64,000 nt of DNA. It comes from Patescibacteria group bacterium. GTDB taxonomy: Bacteria > Patescibacteriota > Patescibacteriia > 2-01-FULL-39-33. Position 1 is the stretch's first letter; each line of letters opens with the position of its first letter. The notes beneath the pieces were generated by a model. The model was not told the origin of the DNA. It saw only the letters and a list, made by a program, of their open reading frames with translations, and made no database searches. A program made the translations under genes and the position numbers. Shown piece by piece: positions 35,007 through 42,753 of the stretch. The DNA lies in the NCBI GenBank assembly GCA_041649575.1, contig JBAZMW010000002.1:148487-212486 (forward strand), in the 5' to 3' direction.

Positions 35007-35049
35007 CAGAGAATAAAATCGTCTTTTGTTTATTCTTTCTCTTTGCAAC

Positions 35050-35178
35050 CGCAGCCGCAACCGGCCCCGCAGGAACAGCAATGAAAACAAACCTCCGGCT
35101 CGCAGGAACAGCGGGTTTCTTCGTCTATGGGCATCTCGCATTTAGCGCATTTATCCATAAAATTTGGTTAATTATTTA
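35050..35178 (-). CDS. Cys-rich 42-aa peptide (12 Cys; ...CSCEPEVCFHCCSCGAGCGCGC...), metallothionein-like or RiPP-precursor-like
   Basis: Complete ATG...TAA frame, 20 nt downstream of the M23 peptidase gene on the same strand. Strongly GC-rich. Not in the ORF track because it is under 60 aa. Confidence 0.4.
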
Positions 35179-35197
35179 ATAATATCTAATTTCTAGT

Positions 35198-36451
35198 TTA
35201 AGGCAAGTAGGTCGAGGGGCTGACTGGGATGCCATTAGAGCGCACCTCGAAATGTAAATGGGGACCGGTAGAAAATCCCGTGTTGCCGCTGTAACCGATA
35301 ATTTGTCCTTTGGTGACATATTGATCACCTTTAACATTAATACTGCTTAAATGGCCATATAGAGTCGAGAGATTGTTGTTATGAATGATCATGACGTAGG
35401 TGCCATACCAGCGGGTGTTGGCGGCTACTTTGGCCACATAGCCGGATTCGGCCGCTTTTACTGGTGTGCCGATTTTGGCCGCTAGGTCGATTCCCGAATG
35501 TTCAAAGAGATTACGAAACGGGTAATCGGGATCATGAAAATAACAAGTAATCCGGGGATTGTTAATGGGCCAGATCAAAGCGGCTTCTCCCAGAGAATTA
35601 AATTTTTCCTGACTCCCCTTTTTTTCCAGCTCTTGTCGAATTTTTCTTTCCAAGGCGGCGATTTGATTATTGGCCGCCGTTTGTTCTTTTTTGAGATCGG
35701 TAATCAGGTTTTGAAATTTGACCTCCGATTTTTTGGTCTCGACAATCAGATACTGTTTGGCGCCCTTTTGTTCGCCCAGCGCCGTCTTTTCCTGTTCCAG
35801 CTTGTTTAGCAAGTCTGAAAGTTGATCGCGTTCGCCGTTTAATTTTTCTTTTTGCTTGTTCAAAGTTTCTACCAGTTCTTGCACGCGGTTCAGGGTTTTT
35901 TGTAAATCACCTTCTATATTTTCCAAAGCTTTTACCTGATCGAAAAATTCCGAAAAAGAATTGTTGCTTAGTAAAACAAAAAGATAATTTTTGTCGTCAT
36001 AATGATCGAGAGCGCGGATAAAAGCGGCCAGCCGTTCCTTGTCTTTATTGATCATCAGCTCATTTTCTTTGATTTTCAGGCCGATTTTTTCTATTTCCAG
36101 TTCGGTTGATTTAATCTCCTCTTCTTTGGCGGTGATGTCTAGTCCCATTTTGGCGATCTGATTATCCAAAATATAAACTTGATTTTTAAAGTTGGCCGCT
36201 TGGCCCTGGGCTTTTTTGATGCTGTCTTTGTGCTTGTTTATCTCCTCGGCTAATTTGTCTATTTTTTCCTGTTGGGCTTCAATTTGCTTGTTTAAATTGG
36301 CTATCAAAGCTTCATTAGAGCCGGAGTCGCCAGCTGTCTCTTGCGCTCGCCCTATTTCTCTGGACATCAAAAAAACACCGCCAAAAATAATTAACGGCAT
36401 CAAAATTGACGCTAAAATATGATATTTTAGCTTTTTCAGTTCGGCAAGCAT
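35198..36451 (-). CDS. M23 family metallopeptidase with N-terminal TM and long coiled coil (EnvC-like)
   Basis: C-terminal HSGIDLAA...GHLS...GNTGFSTGPHLHFEV LytM/M23 motifs. Confidence 0.85.
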   Translation of the reverse strand: MLAELKKLKYHILASILMPLIIFGGVFLMSREIGRAQETAGDSGSNEALIANLNKQIEAQQEKIDKLAEEINKHKDSIKKAQGQAANFKNQVYILDNQIAKMGLDITAKEEEIKSTELEIEKIGLKIKENELMINKDKERLAAFIRALDHYDDKNYLFVLLSNNSFSEFFDQVKALENIEGDLQKTLNRVQELVETLNKQKEKLNGERDQLSDLLNKLEQEKTALGEQKGAKQYLIVETKKSEVKFQNLITDLKKEQTAANNQIAALERKIRQELEKKGSQEKFNSLGEAALIWPINNPRITCYFHDPDYPFRNLFEHSGIDLAAKIGTPVKAAESGYVAKVAANTRWYGTYVMIIHNNNLSTLYGHLSSINVKGDQYVTKGQIIGYSGNTGFSTGPHLHFEVRSNGIPVSPSTYLP

Positions 36452-36500
36452 GGAAAGAAGATTATTTTAATCTTATTCTACAAGAATTATATAACAATTC

Positions 36501-36529
36501 TTGACAAAAATCAATCTCAAAGCTATTAT
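36501..36529 (+). promoter_or_regulatory. Promoter TTGACA-17-TATTAT of a GC-rich cassette
   Basis: TTGACA at 36501-36506, 17-bp spacer, TATTAT at 36524-36529. Confidence 0.55.
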
Positions 36530-36584
36530 TTTTATTAAGTTGTCCTTTGGCTTTTGGTGAAGTTTCAACAACGGAGGGAGAAAC

Positions 36585-36848
36585 ATGGGACTCGTCGCTC
36601 CTGACACTCGCGGCAACGCGTGCTGGCTGATTAAATGCAACAACTGCGGCCATCAGGCGGCTTGGGATGGCTCCAATGCCGAGCAAACCCTTAGCCTGGC
36701 CGAGAATGATGGTTGGACGGTAACTCGAGGCAAGGGCCCAGGTGAGGTGGTCGCTCTGTGCCCCGAATGCAGGAAGAAACAACAGAAAGTCACTCCAGCC
36801 GCCATTGTCAGCCTGATGGATTTCCGCCAAGCATTGCCCAGGCGGTGA
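36585..36848 (+). CDS. Small zinc-ribbon protein (87 aa; CNNCGH...CPEC), G+C-rich
   Basis: GGAGGGAG RBS. Two CxxC pairs. Bidirectional terminator at 36889-36928. Confidence 0.5.
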   Translation: MGLVAPDTRGNACWLIKCNNCGHQAAWDGSNAEQTLSLAENDGWTVTRGKGPGEVVALCPECRKKQQKVTPAAIVSLMDFRQALPRR

Positions 36849-36888
36849 GCCGCGGGAGGTTTCCGAGATTCCCAACGTCAAAGGTTTC

Positions 36889-36928
36889 AAGGCTTGGACC
36901 GAGCGCGGTTCAAGCCTTTTCTGTCTTT
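36889..36928. terminator. Bidirectional terminator (GC-rich cassette and gltX)
   Basis: AAGGCTTGgaccgagcgcggttCAAGCCTT followed by TTCTGTCTTT. Confidence 0.55.
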
Positions 36929-38418
36929 AAGCGCTCCAGCGCTTGCCTGATTCTTAGTAAACTTTTTTCTGGTCCCAAAATTTCCGCCACCTCAAACGGC
37001 GTTGGCGATTTTTCCATTCCCGTCAGCGCCACTCTCATCGGCCACAGCACTTCGCCGTTGGTCAGATTGTTTTTAGTGATAAAAGTTTTTAATTTATTTT
37101 CCAATACTCCCCTTTCCCAGTCGCTGGCAGAATATTTTTCCAACTCCTGCAAAGTTAATTGCAAATTTTTTTTAGCCGCTTCCGCGCTAGATTTTTTCCA
37201 GACCAGCAAGCTCGGGTTATAACTTAGCTCAGCGGTAAAGAAAAAATTTATCCTCCCCCCTACTTCGTTCAAGCGGCTAACCCTTTCTTGTTCTAGTTTT
37301 AGTATTTTTTCCAAATCCAAATCAGTTGGCATTTGACCGACATTCTTTTCCAAATACGGCTTGGCTAGTTGGGCAAATTTAGTATTGGTCAGTTTCTTAA
37401 GGTATTCGCCATTGAGCCAGTCTAGTTTGGCTAGATCAAAAATGGCTCCGGCCTTGTGCACCTTGGCCAGAGAAAAAGCCTGAATAAGTTCTGGCAGGAG
37501 AAAAATTTCTTGTTCAGTGCCCGGATTCCAACCCAAAAGCGCCACAAAATTTAGGAGCGCTTCCGGCAAATAGCCTTTGTCGCGGTAATCCTCCACCGCC
37601 ACGTCGCCTTGTCGTTTGGACAGTTTGCTGCGGTCGGCGTTTAAGATCAGAGGCAAATGGGCAAACAGCGGCGGCGTCCAGCCCAAAAATTTGTACAACA
37701 ATAAATGCTTTGGCGTCGAAGACAGCCACTCTTCGCCGCGAATGACATGGGAGATTTTCATCAGATGGTCGTCAACCACCGAAGCCAAGTGATAAGTCGG
37801 AAAGCCATCGGCTTTCAAGATCACTTGGTCGTCTATTTCCCGGCTACGAAATTTTATTTCGCCGCGAATCAAATCATTAAAAACCACTTCTTGATTTTCC
37901 GGCACCTTCATTCTGATGGTGTATTTTTCGCCGGCCGCCAACTTATTTTGCACTTCATCTGGCAACAGATGGCGGCAATGCCAATCATATCTGGTTGGCT
38001 GTTTGGCGGCCTCTTGCTGTCGGCGTAAATTTTCTAACCTTTCCTCACTGCAGAAGCAATAATAGGCCAAACCCTTATTTACTAGCTCGGAGGCGTATTT
38101 CTGATAGATTTCGAGCCTTTTAGACTGCGTGTAGGGCCCAAAATGGCCTTTTTCAACGGCTTTTCCGGCTTTATCGAGTATTACGCCCTCGTCGGGTTTT
38201 AGGCTCGCCCAAGCCAAATTTTTGAGCAAATTTTCTACCGCCCCCGGCACTTCCCTGGTTTGGTCGGTATCTTCGATTCTCAGCACAAAAGACCCTTTAT
38301 TTTGTTTGGCAAAAATATAGGCATAGAGCGCGGTGCGTAGTCCCCCGACATGCAAATAGCCAGTCGGACTCGGCGCAAAGCGGGTGCGGACCTTTAATTT
38401 GTTTAGAAAAGAAAACAT
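36910..38418 (-). CDS. gltX: Glutamate--tRNA ligase
   Basis: RFAPSPTGYLHVGGLRTALY (HIGH) and KLSKRQG (KMSKS). Confidence 0.92.
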   Translation of the reverse strand: MFSFLNKLKVRTRFAPSPTGYLHVGGLRTALYAYIFAKQNKGSFVLRIEDTDQTREVPGAVENLLKNLAWASLKPDEGVILDKAGKAVEKGHFGPYTQSKRLEIYQKYASELVNKGLAYYCFCSEERLENLRRQQEAAKQPTRYDWHCRHLLPDEVQNKLAAGEKYTIRMKVPENQEVVFNDLIRGEIKFRSREIDDQVILKADGFPTYHLASVVDDHLMKISHVIRGEEWLSSTPKHLLLYKFLGWTPPLFAHLPLILNADRSKLSKRQGDVAVEDYRDKGYLPEALLNFVALLGWNPGTEQEIFLLPELIQAFSLAKVHKAGAIFDLAKLDWLNGEYLKKLTNTKFAQLAKPYLEKNVGQMPTDLDLEKILKLEQERVSRLNEVGGRINFFFTAELSYNPSLLVWKKSSAEAAKKNLQLTLQELEKYSASDWERGVLENKLKTFITKNNLTNGEVLWPMRVALTGMEKSPTPFEVAEILGPEKSLLRIRQALERLKTEKA

Positions 38419-38421
38419 AAA

Positions 38422-39291
38422 TTATTTTTTCTTTACCACCAGCCACCCAAATTTAATGGTGGCATTATAAATCCTACTTAACCGGCGCGGTTCTTGGATT
38501 AGCCGATATAGCCATTCTAACCCCAATCGCCTCAAAAATAAAGGCGCGCGTCTCACCTGTCCCGACAAAAAATCAAAAGTCCCGCCGACGCCAATCGCCA
38601 CTTTAATTTTTGGCACTTTGGCTAAGTTGTCTCTGATCCACTTCTCCTGCCTCACTTGCGGCAAGGCCACCAACAGAATATTGGCTTCGCTGGCATTAAT
38701 TTTTTCCAGCACCTGATTGTTGTTTTCAAATTGCCAACATTTGTTTTCTATGGGATCCCCACGGCCGGCTTCGCCGGCCTCGGGATGACATTGTAGAAGC
38801 GGCCCGCCTTGGTCAAAGCCAGCCACTTTGCCAATATATTTTTCTGCCACTTGTTTTGCCGCTCCTTCTTTTCCGCCCAGTAAATAAATTTTATAAATGT
38901 CATTGCGAGGGAGCGCGAGCGACCGTCCGCCTAGGCTCGGCGAGACTGGTGGCAATCCCGTGGGATCACCGCGTTGCCCGGTCATTTGACCGGGCTCCTC
39001 GGGATGACAACTTAGAAGTGCCTCTATTAGATCCACGCCCGTCACTCTCTCTAATTTTTCTTGTTTTAAAAATTTAGCCGCCCAAACCAGCCCAGCGCCA
39101 TCGCAGGTGGCCAAATCAGCATTATTTAAAATATTTCTGAAAACTTCGTCTTTTTGCGCCGCCACCACAAATTCCGGATTAATCGTCACCACCTGCCTTT
39201 GGCCTTCCGCTGTCAGCCATTTTTTAATTAACTTCAAGGCTTCTGGCAAATTGACCTGATCGATTTTTATTCCCAGTATTTCTATTTTCAT
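38422..39291 (-). CDS. WecG/TagA/CpsF-family glycosyltransferase carrying three in-frame GC-rich repeat insertions
   Basis: VVTINPEFVV...ADLATCDGAGLVWAAKF...GVDLIEALL and C-terminal RVAGPDL-type region are typical TagA. Extra segments CHPEEPGQMTGQRGDPTGLPPVSPSLGGRS and CHPEAGEAGRGDP. Confidence 0.75.
   Translation of the reverse strand: MKIEILGIKIDQVNLPEALKLIKKWLTAEGQRQVVTINPEFVVAAQKDEVFRNILNNADLATCDGAGLVWAAKFLKQEKLERVTGVDLIEALLSCHPEEPGQMTGQRGDPTGLPPVSPSLGGRSLALPRNDIYKIYLLGGKEGAAKQVAEKYIGKVAGFDQGGPLLQCHPEAGEAGRGDPIENKCWQFENNNQVLEKINASEANILLVALPQVRQEKWIRDNLAKVPKIKVAIGVGGTFDFLSGQVRRAPLFLRRLGLEWLYRLIQEPRRLSRIYNATIKFGWLVVKKK
38751..38799 (-). repeat. In-frame GC-rich element 'X', copy 1
   Basis: tgggatcccc-[GGCCGGCttcGCCGGCC hairpin]-ctcgggatgacattgtagaag. 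Same flanks as copy 2 with a different, compensatory hairpin. Confidence 0.6.
38896..39018 (-). repeat. Composite in-frame element X2+Y (about 120 bp) bounded by imperfect inverted termini TGTCATCCCGAGG / CCTCGCAATGACA
   Basis: Y part (38896-38957) is homologous to the pheT insert. X part (38961-39018) is homologous to X1 and has the hairpin GCCCGGTCAaaTGACCGGGC. Confidence 0.6.
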
Positions 39292-39294
39292 AAG

Positions 39295-39984
39295 CTACTT
39301 TTTTAGATAATTCACGATGATTTTGGCCTGGCTCTGGTTTTCTTTGTCGTCCTTAAAAGACATCAGGCCAAAAATGTCGCCTTTCCAAAAGCCCAAATTA
39401 ATTTCATAATCTGCCAGATTTTCCTTAAACTCAAAGCCGCTTTCCTTCAGCTTGTTTTTGTAGTAGCCGGCCACCTCTTCTTTCGGCTGGCTTATCTGTT
39501 TCCAGGACAAAGAGGTTGTTTCCATTTTTTTCAGTTCCGGCGAGCTTAGGGCTTTTTTTAATTCCTCCGGCGTAAAACCGCGCGACAAGTCTATTTTATC
39601 GGCAAAACTTTGGCTTAATTTAGCTTTCAAATCATTGGATAAATAAGCCAAAGTCGGCTTAAGCAGCCAGTTTGGTAAAAGGCCCATGATTTTCAAAAGT
39701 TTTTCCTTGCCTTCTGGCGTCTGCAGTTCAATCTCGGCTTTTTCCGGCAGATAAATGGCCAGTTCTTCCGGGAAATCACCCGGCAACTGGTTGACTTTTT
39801 CCACCACCGGAGAGACCGCCAATCTGACAGCGGCAAAAAGAGTAATGAAGATAATTACCAACGCCAAAATTAAACAACCGAAAAATTTGATAAATTCTCG
39901 GCTTCTATTTTTTTCCGGATTGTTCAGGTTGAGTTCCTGCCAATTTTTCATTATTTCCTGGCTAATTTTATTATATTCTAGCAA
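39295..39984 (-). CDS. Hypothetical membrane-anchored protein (229 aa)
   Basis: N-terminal TM (FFGCLILALVIIFITLFAAV). No known motif. Confidence 0.5.
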   Translation of the reverse strand: MLEYNKISQEIMKNWQELNLNNPEKNRSREFIKFFGCLILALVIIFITLFAAVRLAVSPVVEKVNQLPGDFPEELAIYLPEKAEIELQTPEGKEKLLKIMGLLPNWLLKPTLAYLSNDLKAKLSQSFADKIDLSRGFTPEELKKALSSPELKKMETTSLSWKQISQPKEEVAGYYKNKLKESGFEFKENLADYEINLGFWKGDIFGLMSFKDDKENQSQAKIIVNYLKK

Positions 39985-40031
39985 ATACCAGCCTTTTTTG
40001 CAAAAGTAAATCAGTCTTGTTATAATAAAAG

Positions 40032-40245
40032 TGGTTCATTTCCTCGAGACCCGAACTGGTCATTTGGGTCTCACCGCTCCGGTGGGGAAGCGAAACCAGC
40101 GCCTTCGCTTCCCCTCTGGCTTAACCAAAGCACCTTGGTAGCACTTCCCGGGTCTACTGAAAGCCGCATCCAGGCAAGCATTAGACCCGTTCCCGCTGTG
40201 GCGGCCGATGGCATCAGTCATCAGCCGTCCTTTTTGTTTATCCAC
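40032..40245 (+). ncRNA. Candidate structured RNA R1 (about 210 nt, unclassified)
   Basis: TTGCAA-17-TATAAT promoter at about 40001-40024. GC-rich hairpins GAGACCC...GGGTCTC and GGGGAAGCGAA...TTCGCTTCCCC. T-run at 40230-40245. Confidence 0.3.
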
Positions 40246-40289
40246 AGTTAAATATTTATAACCAAAGAAATCTTTGCTATAATAAAATC

Positions 40290-40625
40290 ACATTGGACAT
40301 GGGGCTTGTCAAATGGCCCTGCAACCAGTCCGAACGGAGAACGAGCCATGAGAACAAAGACAACGAAGCGAGCAGCAGTGGGCGTGATGGTCGATGGCAC
40401 CGGCGGAACAGCGTACTTGGCGACGTCCTGACCTAACGAGAACGGTCGGACTGGGCGTCAAAGAAGTTCTCCGAGACGCTTGACTCAACCCAAGCGTCTC
40501 GCCGCACCTTAACTCTCCTCGGAGAGTTGTGACTATAGGTTTTCACGCTTTGACAAAGCGTGGACATCCCCCTAAGGTGAGCAGTCGGTTGCTGACAGGT
40601 AGCCGACTCTCTTTTTGTTTTTAAA
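40290..40625 (+). ncRNA. Candidate structured RNA R2 (about 330 nt) with SD and a 27-codon Thr-rich mini-ORF (40347-40430), ending in an intrinsic terminator
   Basis: Extended -10 TGCTATAAT at 40275-40283. Long-range pairing CAGTCCG...CGGACTG. Terminator GTCGGTTGCtgacaGGTAGCCGAC plus CTCTTTTTGTTTTT. Confidence 0.3.
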
Positions 40626-40767
40626 AAATTTAGTTATCCACAGGTACTATTTATTTCTTTAAAAAATAGTTATATAATGAAAGTGCGGAAGGTATTTACG
40701 ATAGCGTACAACCGAAGCAGGCCATCGGCCAAACGATCGGCCAAACGAAAGAAAGGTGGGACGGAAG

Positions 40768-41259
40768 ATGAGAAAGTTCGTGTTTTGTACGGTAGTACTG
40801 GCGTTCGCGTTTGTGATGATTCCGGCGACGAATACTCCGGCATACGCGACGCAACTCGATCAAGGCAAGGCAGTGGCGACGGCTCCGACGACGATGGGGA
40901 CGACGCAGCAGGACGTGCAGACGGCGATGAAGAGCAACCTGGTCCTCGACGGCACCGGGCAGAAAGTCGCTGAAGTGATGAAGGCGCCGACTCTTGACTC
41001 CGGACGAGTGATTGCGCAGACGGCGACGACGAAGACGGCACGCGAAGAGCAGACGAAGATCACGGCGAAGAGTGACACGGTTGTAACGGCGAAGATCGAA
41101 GCGCAAGGCATGGGCGAGCAGATGGCAGCGGCTGGCGAAGATGACGCTGGCACGATCATCGTGGCGACGAAGAGTGACACCTATGCGACGAGAATCGAGG
41201 GCCGTATCGCTCACGACGCGGACGCGACCTTCAATGCGAACGTTCTGATCATCGGCTAA
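40768..41259 (+). CDS. Secreted Thr/Ala/Lys/Gln-rich small protein (signal peptide, cleavage after AYA), G+C-rich
   Basis: AAAGGTGGGA RBS. MRKFVFCTVVLAFAFVMIPATNTPAYA signal peptide. Low-complexity mature part. Terminator at 41349-41390. Confidence 0.5.
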   Translation: MRKFVFCTVVLAFAFVMIPATNTPAYATQLDQGKAVATAPTTMGTTQQDVQTAMKSNLVLDGTGQKVAEVMKAPTLDSGRVIAQTATTKTAREEQTKITAKSDTVVTAKIEAQGMGEQMAAAGEDDAGTIIVATKSDTYATRIEGRIAHDADATFNANVLIIG

Positions 41260-41424
41260 CCACGCGGGCAGCGCCGAAAGTCAGAACGAGTAGTACCTTG
41301 GATACACAACCGATACCGGCCAACAGTCGGATCGGCCACCTCCAGAGTTGGGTCAGCTGGCAACGGCGACCCTCTCTTTTTTTGTTTTGAAAAAATTTGC
41401 CAAAATTTTATAAATTTTTTATAC

Positions 41425-41756
41425 TATAAGCAAGCGGTTCCTGCTGTGGGAACCGTGCACATTGGGTCAACGGGTCAACCGGAGGGTACAAGCAATATGA
41501 AAAAGGAAATGAGAGCGCAGGGTTTGGTCGTGGCGAAATGGAAGTAGGCTAGACCGTAGCAAGGCAACTTAGCGTTGTTGGGCGGAGGCCCCAACTAACA
41601 GTGGGCCTCCGCTGAATCTTTCCCTCGCTTGAGCGGGGTGCTGGTATATCCTTCTCTGAAGGGGTTCCCCCGTTGGGAAGTGTTGCCCATTCAACGCCTC
41701 CTGACCGCACAGGCTGCAATTTGTCGCAAGACGAAGGGCAGCCTGAATTATTTTTT
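41425..41756 (+). ncRNA. Candidate structured RNA R3 (about 330 nt) with SD and a 16-codon mini-ORF (41497-41547), ending in an intrinsic terminator just upstream of the radical SAM gene
   Basis: GC-rich. Hairpins GGCGGAGGCCC...GGGCCTCCGCT and CAGGCTGC...GCAGCCTG followed by AATTATTTTTTG. Confidence 0.3.
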
Positions 41757-41781
41757 GCTATACTTAATTTATACTGAATTT

Positions 41782-42657
41782 ATGAGAGCAGCCAAATTTT
41801 ACAAAAAATCAGGGGCTAATGTTAAATGTCAGCTTTGTCGGCATTTTTGTCTGATTGCCCCAGCCAAGTTCGGCCTCTGCGGCATGAGGAAGAATATCGA
41901 CGGCCGGCTTTATTCTCTTAATTACGGTAAAATCATTGCCAGCCAGATTGACCCGATCGAAAAAAAACCGCTCTATCATTTTTTGCCAGGCAGTTTTGCT
42001 TATTCTTTGGCTTGCCCCGGCTGTAATTTTAAATGCCTTAATTGCCAAAATTCCGATCTTTCCCAAATCACCCCGGCTTTACAAAAGGCCGTTGATTCTT
42101 TGCCGGAAACCAGGCCGGAAGAGATTGTCGAGGCGGCCTGGGAAAACAATTGCCCGTCAATCGCTTATACCTATACCGAGCCCACCATTTTTGCCGAGTT
42201 TGCTCTCGACTGCATGGAGCTGGCCAGAGACAGTAATCTAAAAAATATCTGGGTTTCCAATGGCTATCTGTCGCCCGGTTGTCTGGAGGCCATCAGCCCC
42301 TATCTTGACGCCATTAATATTGATTTGAAATTTTTTAGCGATAAAAATTATCAAAAAATTTGCGGCGCTCGCCTAAAACCAGTCTTGGATAATCTGGTTG
42401 CTTTTAAAACAGCCAAAATTCATTTGGAAATCACCACTTTAATCATTCCCTCACTTAATGATAGCGATGAAGAGTTAACCGCTCTGGCAGAGTTTATTTA
42501 TCAAAAATTGGGCGACGACACGCCCTGGCATCTGGGCGCCTTTCACCCCGCTTACAAATTAAAAAATTTACCGGCTACGCCGACAGAAACCATCAAGCGG
42601 GCCCAGGCAATCGGGAAAAATATCGGCCTGAAATATGTTTATCCGGGAAATGTTTGA
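41782..42657 (+). CDS. AmmeMemoRadiSam system radical SAM enzyme
   Basis: AKFYKK...VKCQLCRHFC...GLCG...NYG then CPGCNFKCLNCQN (CxxxCxxC) typical of this family. Start moved to the ATG at 41782, since the upstream extension runs through RNA R3. Confidence 0.75.
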   Translation: MRAAKFYKKSGANVKCQLCRHFCLIAPAKFGLCGMRKNIDGRLYSLNYGKIIASQIDPIEKKPLYHFLPGSFAYSLACPGCNFKCLNCQNSDLSQITPALQKAVDSLPETRPEEIVEAAWENNCPSIAYTYTEPTIFAEFALDCMELARDSNLKNIWVSNGYLSPGCLEAISPYLDAINIDLKFFSDKNYQKICGARLKPVLDNLVAFKTAKIHLEITTLIIPSLNDSDEELTALAEFIYQKLGDDTPWHLGAFHPAYKLKNLPATPTETIKRAQAIGKNIGLKYVYPGNV

Positions 42658-42753
42658 CTCTAATTTAAACCGGATTGTTTTTTTGGCTGTCTTAACGCCT
42701 GAATTTTTGTTATAATGATTTATGGTGCATGAAAGATTAGTAAACAAAATTAA

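Noticed and set aside
40060-41259. Minus-strand ORFs (40060-40245, 40670-41041, 40696-41214, 40860-41180) and a plus-strand 40677-40973 ORF in the GC-rich tandem locus.
   Set aside because: They are antisense or off-frame to the promoter/SD/terminator-defined plus-strand units, and are GC-rich no-stop artefacts.
40032-41756. Possibility that R1/R2/R3 are tmRNA, RNase P RNA, SRP RNA or 6S RNA.
   Set aside because: I searched by eye for hallmark sequences (GGUUCGAxUCC T-arm and tag ORF ending in AA for tmRNA; AGGAAAGUCCGGGCUCC / ACAGAAxCCGGCUUA for RNase P; GGAAGGAAGCAGCC for SRP) and found none. Identity is left open pending a covariance-model scan.
41629-41781. Upstream extension of the AmmeMemoRadiSam radical SAM ORF to 41629.
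   Set aside because: The extension runs through the GC-rich RNA-like element R3 and its terminator. The family's conserved N-terminus begins at the ATG at 41782.
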